The notes under the pieces: generated by a model
Told to the model about the DNA's origin: nothing
Seen by the model: only the letters and a program-made list of their open reading frames with translations
Databases searched by the model: none
Translations under genes and position numbers: made by a program
In this document: piece after piece, positions 1 through 10,114 of the stretch
Numbering within the stretch: the first letter of the stretch is position 1
How the letters are laid out: each line of letters opens with the position of its first letter
Assembly (NCBI GenBank): GCA_052327205.1
Contig: CM126218.1
Location: 70,494,001-70,558,000, forward strand
Direction of reading: 5' to 3'
Origin: Somniosus microcephalus
Lineage: Eukaryota
DNA: 64,000 bases

Positions 1-1070
1 TCCCGATCGGGTCCGGGACGCCGACGCTGAGGTAGGTCCCGGGGGCGGCGCTACGAGGGGTATTGCGGTCGGGGTCGGGCCCGAGTCCCAGAGTCGCGAA
101 CTGTACCTGGAATACACCTCGAGGTCCCGCTGGGTCACTTCTAGCGAGTAGGCCAAGGCTGCAGCTGTGTTCAGGTCGAGGTCCTTTGATTCCAGCAGTC
201 TCTGCCGTGAGTAGTCGGACCGAAGGCCTTTCACGAAGGCATCGCGGATGTTATCTTCAGTGTTTTCTGCAGCCGATACTGCTTTAAAGTCACAGTCCCT
301 GCCGAGTGTTCATAGCGCCCGTAAAAATTCAGCTACAGACTCTCCTGGCTGTTGCGGGCGGGATCTTAGGAGGTGTCTGGCATACATGGAATTTACCGGG
401 CTCCGGTACTGCTGTTTCAGTAGGTTGATAGCGGCCTCGTAAGTAGTAATGTCCTGGATGAGTGCGTATACTTTAGGGCTCGCTTGGGCGGTCAGAACTC
501 TTAGTTTGGATCTCTGAGGGACGCCGGATTCTTCCAGGTAGGATTCGAAGCAGCACAGCCAGTGTTTGAAGTCGAGGGCTGCGTTTGTTGCTTGTGGGTT
601 TAGATCCAGGTACGGTGGTTTGAGGGCTCGCAGCCAAGCCGGCTGCTGTGGCTGTTGTAGCTGGGCGTCTGGCTGGTCGTTTGGCTGCTCCGTTGACTGG
701 TTGTTTGGCTGCTCAAGTGACGACATTTTAAAATTTAGTCAATAAAATTGATATACCTATCAATTCGTCCAATGAAAAGCGACGAGTTAAGAAAGTAACT
801 ATAGGTTTTTATTGACTAAATAACAGAGCCCACCCTCGTGGGTGATCGGATCCAAGAAGGAGGAATACCAGCCAGTCGACCACCTTTATACCTGGGCCGG
901 TAGGTGGAGCCATGGGCGGAGTCGGCAGTGGTCAGCCCAGGTATAGCAGCGTGACAAGAGGCGACCTCGTACAGTGATACAACAATGTGAACAGTGATAA
1001 CTATAGGGAAACGATCTAACAGTGATAACTATAGTGTAACGATAGTGAACGGTAAAAGTGGTTTACCACA
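1..1070 (-). mobile_element. Gypsy/Ty3-type LTR retrotransposon, 5' end (LTR + degenerate gag); continues beyond window start
   Basis: Minus-strand gag-like ORF from ATG at 726 (LKPPYLDLNP...FKHWLCCFESYL...YARHLLRSRPQQPGESVAEFLRAL). After an in-frame TGA at 310-312 the frame continues gag-like (DCDFKAVSA...IRDAFVKGL...RQRLLE). An upstream TG...CA-bounded LTR is present. Confidence 0.85.
749..1070 (-). repeat. 5' LTR (about 322 bp) of the Gypsy element
   Basis: Minus strand starts TGTGGTAAACC (1070) and ends GGTATATCA (749); TATAAA at 890-885 and AATAAA at 813-808. The partner LTR is outside the window, so the ends cannot be confirmed by comparison. Confidence 0.7.
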
Positions 1071-1414
1071 TGTAACACGGGAGATATTGGACCAGTCACA
1101 CGCTAAACGTCTCTTATAATTTTCATTGGATAGCTCCTTTTTACTCGACTGCCCAAAGTCAGAATTACCCCAATATGTGTAAAAACATTACGATGGAGCA
1201 TCTGAGCAGTTCTGTAGCTCTGCTGCCTTCAGAGTGCCCGAGGAGCTGGACGCAAACAGCCCAATTGAAAGCTCTAGGCCGCAGAGCTGTCTGTCAAAGG
1301 GATTACAGAGAATCATTGGCCCTGCCCCTTCTCACAGACCCAATCCATGTCTTCATCGCACATACAGCTGTCAATGAAACCCAGCACCTAAAAAAGACCA
1401 GCAGAATATCAATC

Positions 1415-1987
1415 ATGCTCCTGACTCCCCAAAGCCTTTCCACCATCTACAAGGCACAAGTCAGGAATGTGATGGAATACTCTCCACTTGCCTGGATGAG
1501 TGCAGCTCCAACAACACTCAAGAAGCTCGACACCATCCAAGACAAAGCAGCCTGTTTGATTGGCACCCCATCCACCACCTTAAACATTCACTCCCTCCAC
1601 CACTGGTGTAACGTATCTGCAGTGTGTGCCATCTACAAGATGCATTACAGCAACTCGCCAAGGCTTCTTCGGCAGCACCTCCCAAACCCGCGACCTCTAC
1701 CCCCTAGAAGGACAAGGGCAGCAGGTGCATGGGAACACCACCACCTCCAAGTTCCCCTCCAAGTTACACACCATCCTGACTTAGAAGTATATCGCCAATC
1801 CTTCATCGTCGCTGGGTCAAAATCCTGGAACTCCCTGCCTAACAGCACTGTGGGAGCACCTTCACCATACGGACTGCAGCGGTTCAAGGGGGCGGCTCAC
1901 CACCACCTTCTCAAGGGCAATTAGGGATGGGCAATAAATGCTGGCCTTGCCAGCGATGCCCAGATCCCACAAACGAATTTAAGAAAA
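1415..1987 (+). mobile_element. 5'-truncated non-LTR retrotransposon (CR1/L2-group LINE) ORF2 C-terminus and 3' tail
   Basis: LSTIYKAQVRNVMEYSPLAW...KSWNSLP is typical LINE ORF2 C-terminal sequence; 3' tail gggcaataaatgctggccttgccagc followed by an A-rich end. Confidence 0.8.
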
Positions 1988-2139
1988 ATGCTGGATGGTT
2001 GTCCGGAGCACTTTGAATCATCTGTGATGAGCTCAATTGCCCAACCAGCCATCAGGGACATTACTCAAAAGATCGATACCAATGACCCAGTATTCAGCAG
2101 GAATGAGCATATTGAACCCACTTTTGGTCAGCAAGAACA

Positions 2140-2292
2140 AAGGCAATTGGACATGTACTTGAAGAGGACCAATTTGCAGTGTTATGGGGAAAAAGCTGGG
2201 GTGTGGGACTAAATTAGACAGCTCTTCCAAAGAGCCGGCTCAGGCACGACGGGATGAATGGCCTCCTTCTGTGCTGTAAGATTGTATGATTC
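2140..2292 (+). mobile_element. CR1 LINE 3' end fragment
   Basis: ...gaatggcctccttctgtgctgtaagattgtatgattc CR1-type 3' UTR and terminus. Confidence 0.65.
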
Positions 2293-3131
2293 CAACAAAC
2301 CACGGATGCATATTAATGCATTTGGTAAATCATGGCTGTAATGGAAGAAACATAGAAGATAGGAGCAGGAGTAGGCCATTCGGCCCCTCGAGCCTGTTCC
2401 GCCATTCAATGAGATCATGGCTGATCATCCAAATTCAGTACCCTATCCCTGCTTTCTCACCATATCCCTTGATCCCTTTAGCCTTAAGAAATATATCTGT
2501 AGTGTATGTGCCTTTAAGAGCCCCACGTGTACTGTAATGCCGGTAATGGCCACTCGGGCTATATAAGCCTGTATATTGTGTTGTATCAGTTAGTTCCCCT
2601 CCAGACTTTGTTTAGTAAACACCTATGAAACCAACTCCTGTCTTCAGTGTCTCTATCAACACACAGACACAACAGTGGCGACGAATTGGAAACGGACTTA
2701 CCTGCAATTCGGCAGCACCTCAAGGACATCGATTCCTCTGGCGTCCAAAGTTGAAGAAAAATCAAGAAAAAGCTGTGGTTTCACCAGCTAGCCAAGCTGG
2801 TGGCAGGTACTGCAATAATCCTTCCTGGGCGTCGGGCTGGGGCTCCAGCAGCTGGCTCTACAGCTAGGCCAAGCAGCGAAAGCGGAGGCAAGCAGTAACA
2901 GACGGGGAGGGAGCACGCGGGAGACGGCTGGCGCTGCAAGCAGGTCGGCGTTCAGACCTAGAGAGGGAGTCCGGCAGGAACGACTCTCCAACTGTAAATA
3001 ATAAATGAAAAGAATGGAAACCGCGGGAAACAGCGTTGTCATCGGCAGCAGCAGCGAGGAAGTGCGGGAAGCGCCATATCTTTTCTGCAGAAAAGAAAGA
3101 AAAGCGCGGGAAGCGCCATTTTTTTTCTAGG

Positions 3132-4058
3132 ATGCCTAAGTCTGGCAATATTGATGCTTTTGATAACGAGATAGAGGATTGGACCACATATGTGGAAAGA
3201 GTGGAGGTATATTGCACCGCAAATGGAATAGAAGATGAAAAAAAAGCTTCAGTACTGCTAAATCTAATGGGCGCAAAGACATACGGGTTGTTACGAAATT
3301 TAATCACTCCAGCCAAACCAAAGGACAAGAATTTTAAAGAAATTGTTGATACCCTACAGGAGCACTTAAACCCAACACCGCTGCTGATAGCGGAACGATT
3401 CAAATTCTTCAAGAGAAATCAACACAAGAATGAAAGTAACGCTGATTACCTCACCGAATTAAGAAAGCTATCAAAACACTGCCAATTCGGGGCAGGACTA
3501 GCAGATTATCTTCGAGACAAATTCGTCTGCGGTCTCTTAAGTGAAGGAACACAGAAAAGGCTGCTTTCTGAAAAAGATTTAACACTGGACAAGGCTTTCA
3601 GTATGGCTGTATCATACGAAGCAGCCGCAAGAGGAGCTGCAGAGATACAACAAAAGGCACAGGACTTCGGCACCCATGAAATGACACAGGGTTTCGAGAG
3701 ATGTTATCGCTGCGGCAGATCCACTCATGACCAGAGGGACTGCTGGTTCAAGGACAAAGCATGCAGGCAATGCGGAAAGATTGGACACATTGCACGGGTA
3801 TGCCGATCTGGACAAAAAAAATCCACAGGCAGGAAAAAAAAAATCAATAAAGAAAAGTACAGAAAGGTACAAATGATGACGGACAGTAGCTCCGAAGACC
3901 AGAAGAGCGATAGCGACTCCGAAAACAAGAGACTAAGCTGTCTCAAATTACATAATGTAATTGCCAAAGATGATTACCAGACCATTTGGGTTATCCTCAC
4001 GATAGCAGGGTCCCCAGTTAAAATGGAGCTAGATACAGGATCAGCTCTGGCCGTCATA
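3132..4058 (+). CDS. Gypsy Gag with two CCHC zinc knuckles plus start of aspartic protease (truncated by deletion)
   Basis: CYRCGRSTHDQRDC and CRQCGKIGHIARVC knuckles; MELDTGS protease catalytic motif, after which homology breaks. Confidence 0.85.
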
Positions 4059-4059
4059 A

Positions 4060-5688
4060 ATCGACAGGGAAGCACTCAGCCTGGTATGGGGAGTGAAGAA
4101 ATTCAACCATTACCTACACGGACAAAAATTTACCTTGTTGACTGACCATCAACCCCTCATCTCCATATTCAACCCTAAAAAGGGTGTTCCCATTATGACA
4201 GCGCAAAGGCTACAGAGGTGGTCCCTTTTTCTAGGGGCACACCAATACAACATAGAATACAAAGGATCAAAACAGCATGGGAATGCTGACGGGTTATCGC
4301 GCCTACCGTTGCCAACGGTAGAAGAAGCACCTACCGTAGACCCAGTGGAGATTTTCCACTCTACCACAGTCGAATGTCTACCAGTAACAAATTCTGCCAT
4401 TGAAAGTGAAACTAGAAATGACCCGACTCTCTCACGAGTCTACGATTTAACAGTGAAGGGATGGCCAGCACATGGCGAACCACTGTTGCCAGCATTCTCG
4501 CAAAGAAGAGAACAGCTGTCAGTGTGCCGAGGAACCTTGATGTGTGGATCCAGAGTGGTGATTCCACCCAAACTCCAGGATAAAGTTCTAAAGGAGCTTC
4601 ACGAGGGGCATCTGGGTGGAGTGAAAATGAAGAACCTCGCCAGGGCGTTTGTATGGTGGCCAGGTATCGATGGAGACATCGAAGAAATGACCAAGAGCTG
4701 CCTGGGATGCCAGAAGGTCCAAAACGCTCCACCCCAAGCCCCTCTACATCCATGGGAGTGGCCCTCATCTCCCTGGCAAAGGGTACACATCGACTTTGCT
4801 GGTCCATTTATGGACTCAATGTTCTTAATCACGGTTGATGCACACTCCAAGTGGCCGGAGGTAATAAAGATGTCCTCCACCACCACGGAAAAAACTATCA
4901 CAGTATTAAGGACCATATTTGCCAGGAATGGGCTGCCGGAACAGATCTGTTCTGATAATGGACTGCAATTTGTGTCCGAAGAATTCAGGAAGTTCTTAAA
5001 AAACAATGGGGTTAAGCACTACACGTCCGCCCCATACCATCCCGCCACCAATGGATTGGCTGAAAGGTTTGTCCAGACCTTCAAGAAGGCCATAAAGGCC
5101 ATGGGTAATGAAGACATAAAACTTCAGCACAAGGTGGATAACTTCTTGTTCGCATACAGGAATGCAACACATATGGTTACAAACCAAACTCTCGCCATGA
5201 TGTTCTTCAATAGAAGCCTAAGATGCCGGCTGGATTTGATCAAGCCCAACATCAGAAGGGACGTGGAGAACCGGCAATTTCAAGGCATGAATGAAAGGCC
5301 AACTAGAACCTTCCAGATAGGTTAACAAGTTTTGGCCCGGGACTACCGTACCGAGAAATGGCAGCCTGGAACTATCTGCACACGACTAGGACCGCTGATG
5401 TATACCGTGGACATCGGAGAAAGCATAATAAGGCGCCATGCTGACCAAATCATAGAGTCATCCGAAAAGGGACAACCTACACCACAACTCTATACACCTA
5501 ACGATGAAGTAGAGATACCCATATCTAGCTCCGATCCGGTGATACTGGAACCCGATGAACCCGACACTGGCATTCAAGCCGAATCAGCCTTGCCAAAAGA
5601 ACCTACTACACCACCAGAAACTACTACACCACCGAGGCGTTATCCAGACCGAGTCAGGAAGGCTCCAGAGAGACTGACTTATAATTAA
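4060..5688 (+). pseudogene. Gypsy pol remnant: RNase H C-terminus + integrase (HHCC, DDE, GPY/F), with one internal stop
   Basis: REALSLVWGVKKF...TDHQPL (RNase H end), ADGLSR, LHEGHLG...CLGC, RVHIDFAGP, SDNG, NGLAERFVQT; TAA at 5323-5325 before RLGPLMYTV. Confidence 0.9.
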
Positions 5689-7329
5689 TTAAATGCAGCA
5701 TTGTGTAGATTATTTTTCTTGTAACATGTAATTAATAATTACTTAAAATATTATGTACTGGTTGGCTAAAAGGGGAGGAATTGTAGTGTATGTGCCTTTA
5801 AGAGCCCCATGTGTACTGTAATGCCGGTAATGGCCACTCGGGCTATATAAGCCTGTATATTGTGTTGTATCAGTTAGTTCCCCTCCAGACTTTGTTTAGT
5901 AAACACCTATGAAACCAACTCCTGTCTTCAGTGTCTCTATCAACACACAGACACAACAATATCCAACTCCTTCTTGAATATATTTAATGAATTGGCCTCT
6001 ACTGCCTTCTATGGTAGAGAATTCCACAGGTTCACCACTCTCTGGATGAAGAAATTCCTCCTCATTTCTGTCCTAAATGGCTTACCCCTTATCCTTAAAC
6101 TGTGACCCCTGGTTCTGGACTCCCCGACCATTGGGAACATCCTTCTTGCATCTAGTCTGTCTAGTCCTGTTAGAATTTTATAAGTTTCAATGAGATCCCC
6201 TCTCATTCTTCTAAACTCCAGCGAGTAGAAGCCCAATCGACCCAATCTCTCCTCATACGTCATTCCTGCCATCCCAGGTATCAGCCTGGTGAATCTTCGC
6301 TGCACTCCCTCCATGGCAAGAACATCCTTCCTCAGATAAGGCGACCAAAACTGCACACAATACTCAAGATGTGGTCTCACCAAGGCCCTGTACAACTGCA
6401 GCAAGACATTCTTGTTCCTGTACTCAAACCCTCTCGCTACGAAGGCCAACATACCATTTGCCTTCTTAACCGCCTGCTGCACCTGCATGCTTACCTTCAG
6501 CGACTGGTGCACAAGGACACCCAGGTCTCGTTGCACTTCCCCTTCTCCCAATCTATTGCCATTCAGATGATAATCTGCCTTCCTGTTTTTGACACCAAAG
6601 TGGTTAACCTCGCATTTATCCGCATTATATTGCATCTGCCATGCTTCTGCCCAATCACCCAAACTGTCCAAATCATGCTGGAGTTTCTCAGCATCCTCCT
6701 CACAGCACACACTCCCACCCAGCTTTGTGTCATCTGCAAACTTGGAGATATTACATCTAGTTCCCTCATCTAGATCATTAATATATATTGTGAATAGCTG
6801 GGGTCCAAGGACCGATCCCTGCGGTACCCCACTAGTCACTGCCTGCCACTCGGAAAAAGAGCCGTTTATTCCAACTCTTTGCTTTCTGTCTGCCAACCAG
6901 TTCTCTATCCAAGTCAATACCTTGCCCCCAATCCCATGTGCCTTAACTTTACACACTAATCTCTTATGTGGGACCTTTTCGAAAGCCTTTTGAAAGTCCA
7001 AATACACCACATCTACTGGTTCTCCCTTATCTATTTTACCAGTTACATCCTCAAAAAATTCCAGTAGATTAGTCAAGCATGATTTACCTCTCAAAGTCTC
7101 TCAAGAGTCAGTGAGCAGTAAGAAATTTTAACCCTCGGTGTACCATAACCCAAGAAAGAAGAATAACATAACACCATTGACAAAAATACTTCATTCTTAT
7201 CGCACTCATCAAAGTGATTAATCTTCATGTGTAAGTCTCGGCAGATTCCTTAACAACAGCATAAGAGCCCAAACCCACTCAACAGTCACTTCCTGGTAGG
7301 GGTCAGTGGAGTAGAAGAAAGAATGAATA

Positions 7330-7455
7330 GAAAGAAAGACTTGCATTTATATAGTGCCTTTCACAACCTCAGGGCGTCACAAAGCGCTTCACAGCCAATG
7401 AAGTACTTTTTGAAGTGTTGTCACTGTTGTAATGTAGGAAACACGGCAGCCAATT
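7330..7455 (-). mobile_element. Deu-domain SINE 3' fragment
   Basis: Reverse complement matches the 3' tail of the full copy at 9010-9465. Confidence 0.75.
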
Positions 7456-7765
7456 CAACTCCCACCATGGCAATTTGGGAAATCTGAAATCCGTTTAAAA
7501 AAAAAATCTGGTATCAGTAAAAGTGACCATGAATCTGCCAGATTGTCATAAAAACCCGACTAGTTCACCGATGTTCTTTAGGGAAGGAAACTTGCTGTCC
7601 TTACCCAATTTCGCCTATATGTGACTCCAGTCTCACAGACAACGTGGTTGACTCTTAAACTGTTCTCTGAAGTAGCCTCGCAAGACACTCAGTTGTATCA
7701 TCGGGAGGGGCAATAAATGCCGGCCTTGCCAGCAATGCCCAGCTCCTGAGAATTAATAAATAAAA
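7455..7765 (+). mobile_element. tRNA-derived SINE (second family) whose tail matches the LINE at 1415-1987
   Basis: Shared body ctggtatcagtaaaagtgaccatgaa...gggaaggaaac with copies at about 15440-15610 (+) and 41225-41640 (-); tail gggcaataaatgccggccttgccagc. Confidence 0.7.
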
Positions 7766-7843
7766 CAGTGGCACACAAAGCACCCCATTTCTTCCACTGC
7801 TGTCTGTCCTGAGCAAGATATTTGACTCCGAAAGTATTAATAA

Positions 7844-8990
7844 TAAATAAAAACAGAAAATGCTGGAAATACTCAGCAGGTCAGGCAGCATCTGTGGAAA
7901 GAGAAACAGAGTTAACGTTTCAGGTCGATGACCCTTCGTCAGAACTGGAAAAAGTTGGAGATGGAACAGGTTTTTAAGCAAGTGCAGGGGCAGGGAAAGG
8001 GGGGAGGGGAGGAAAGAACAAAAGGGAAGGCCTGTGATAGGCTGGAAGGCAGGAGAGATTGAGAGACATTAAGAGATGGTGCAAGGCAAAAGGAGATGGT
8101 AATGGGACAAGTTAAGAAACAAAAGATGGCTCTAGATGAAGTGTGAATGGCACTGGCAGAATGATTGACAGCTGCCATGTGGGAGACAGAAAAAAATAAA
8201 AATAACAACAAATAATAAATAATGTAAATGGAAAAAAGAATAGGGGCCGAGCTTATGATCTGAAATTGTTGAACTCTATGTTGAATCCAGAAGGTGGTAA
8301 AGTGCCTAATCGAAAGATGAGGTGCTGTTCCTCGAGCTTACGTTGAGCTTCATTGGAACAGTGCAAGAGGCCGAGGACAGTGAGGTCTGAGTGGGAGTGG
8401 AGTGGAGAATTAAAGTGACAAGCGACCAGAAGCTCGGGGTCCCCCTTACGGACTGAACGGAGGTGTTCCGCAAAGCGGTCACTCAACCTACGTTTGGTCT
8501 CCCCAATGTGGAGGAGACCACATCGTGAGCAGTGAATACAGTATACTAAAGTGTAAGAAGTACAAGTAAATCGCTGTTTCACCTGGAAGGGGTGTTTGGG
8601 GCCCTGGACAGTGGGAAGGGAGGAGGTAAAAGGGCAGGTGTTGCATCTCCTGCGCTTGCACGGGAAGGTGCCGGGCGAAGGGGAAGGGGTGTTGGGGGTG
8701 ATAGGGGAGTGGACCAGGGTGTCGTGGAGGGAGTGGTCCCTTTGGAATGCTGAAAGGGGAGGTGAGGGGAAGATGTGTTTGGTGGTGGGATCACGCTGGA
8801 GGTGGCGGAAATGGCGGAGGATGATCCGTTGAATGTGGAGGCTGGTGGGGTGAAAGGTGAGGACAAGGGGAACCCTATCGTGGTTCCGGGAGGGAAGGGA
8901 AGGGGTGAGAGCAGAAGTGCGGGAAATAGAACGGACACGGTCAAGGGCCATGTCAACCACAGTAGAGGGGAATCCTCGGTTGAAGAAAAA
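7844..8990 (-). mobile_element. Penelope-like element, 3' part with GIY-YIG endonuclease and pLTR/3' UTR
   Basis: ORF 8253-8960: CKRRRCNTCPF, FTCTSYTLVYCIHCSRCGLLHIGETKRRLSDRFAEH (GIY-YIG with CCHH), ending LGTLPPSGFN. Confidence 0.9.
7910..7946 (-). ncRNA. Minimal type I hammerhead ribozyme motif in the Penelope pLTR
   Basis: Minus strand AGTT-CTGACGA-AGGGTC(ATC)GACCT-GAAAC-GTT-AACT: conserved core boxes, stem II, stem I AGTT/AACT and palindromic ACGT in place of stem III. Confidence 0.7.
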
Positions 8991-9009
8991 GTATTAAGTT
9001 GCCTTCGCT

Positions 9010-9465
9010 GTGTCAATTGTGGCTCAGTGGGTAGCACTGTTAACTCGGAGTTAGAAGGTTGTGGGTTCAAGTCCCACTCCAGAGACTTAAACACAAAATC
9101 CAGGCTGACGCTCCAGTGCAGTGCTGAGGGAGTGCTGCACGTCGGAGGTGCCGTCTTTCGGATGAGACATTAAACCGAAGCCCCATCTGCTCTCTCAGGG
9201 GGATGCAAAAGATCCCAGGGCACTGTTTTGAAGAAGAGCAGGGGAGTTATCCTAGTGTCCTGGGCCAATATTTATCCCTCAATCAACATCATTAAAGCAG
9301 ATTATTTGGTCATTATCACATTGCTGTTTGTGGGATCTTGCTGACAGCAAACTGGCTGCCGCTTTATCCTACATTACAACAGTGACTTCATTGGCTGTAA
9401 AGCAATTTGGGACGTCCTGAGGTCATGAAAGGCGCTATAGAAATGCAAGTCTTTCTTTCCTTCTT
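9010..9465 (+). mobile_element. Near full-length Deu-domain tRNA SINE (SacSINE1/AmnSINE1-like)
   Basis: A box tggctcagtgg, B box ggttcaagtcc, Deu-like core (ggaggtgccgtctttcggatgagac...gtgtcctgggccaatatttatccctca), L2-like tail ending in tctt repeats. Confidence 0.85.
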
Positions 9466-9589
9466 ACAGCCAGCAGATGGTGGTTCTCCACAGTTGATGC
9501 TTACATTTGCTGGTCTGCATCGGACACGTCTTGTCTCTGGGCTGTGTCAGTAACGAAAGGCATTTTTACCTGGGCACGGACTCACAACC

Positions 9590-9800
9590 CCTTACTAGGA
9601 GGACCGATGGGCTGCCTTTCTACTGAGGTCTGTCTCCCACCTTTCCACCTGACTGGCTCGGGCGGCCCGACCAGGAGTTAGACTCCCGCCCGCACAGCTT
9701 GCAGGGTCGTATAGGAGCACACAAGCCTTCCCAACCCGGGTCAAGGCGCCATCCCTAGGTAAGGTGTGTGGGTGTTGGATGAGAACAGCATCGATTCTGG
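9590..9800 (-). mobile_element. Probable RTE-clade LINE 5' UTR fragment
   Basis: Minus strand aggcttgtgtgctcc...gaccctgcaagctgtgcgggcgggagt...ctcctggtcgggcc resembles RTE 5' UTR motifs (from recall). Confidence 0.45.
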
Positions 9801-10114
9801 CCATGGTGACCCTGCCCCCGACCCCTACTACCTTCCCCTATACAAGGCCAAATAGCCGAGAAACTTCATCGCCTATGCTCAGGCAACAAAAATGGCCGGA
9901 TGTGCGAGACACCCCAACCTGAGCTACCAACATCAGGAGAGGAGTGGAGGAGACGGGGGCGGGGGAATAATCTCAACAACTGCCGGATCAAGGCTACTGA
10001 GGGAGGCAGGGAGCGGGGCTCTTGACTGGTTCAGCACTCAGCCAGTCCTCTTTTTAAACAGTGTAGCGGAAATTCTGCAACATGGTTGGTCCGAGACAGG
10101 ATTGCTGAGACTGG

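Larger units (their letters stand above)
2498..5958 (+). mobile_element. Full-structure Gypsy (Mag-like) LTR retrotransposon with internal PR/RT/RNaseH deletion
   Basis: 177-bp LTRs at 2498-2674 and 5782-5958 (TG...CA, one C/T mismatch seen); 5-bp TSD ATATC (2493-2497, 5959-5963); PBS TGGCGACGA at 2676; PPT AAAAGGGGAGGAA at 5768-5780; gag, protease start and integrase present. Confidence 0.95.
2346..7094 (-). mobile_element. 5'-truncated CR1 LINE (RT domain + 3' UTR) interrupted by a Gypsy insertion at 2498-5958
   Basis: ORF 6009-7094 with CR1 RT motifs (YLDFQKAF, GVPQGSVLGP, FADD). The 3' UTR sequence at 2346-2497 resumes seamlessly at 5959 once the Gypsy and one TSD are removed. Confidence 0.93.

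Noticed and set aside
1175-1924. 249-aa ORF as a host gene
   Set aside because: The C-terminal two thirds is a LINE ORF2 fragment (with frameshift) fused by chance to upstream sequence
8147-8162. ATGGCACTGGCAGAAT, similar to mature miR-183 (expected near NRF1 by synteny)
   Set aside because: Lies inside the Penelope 3' region; the 3' part diverges and there is no pre-miRNA-length hairpin or star arm
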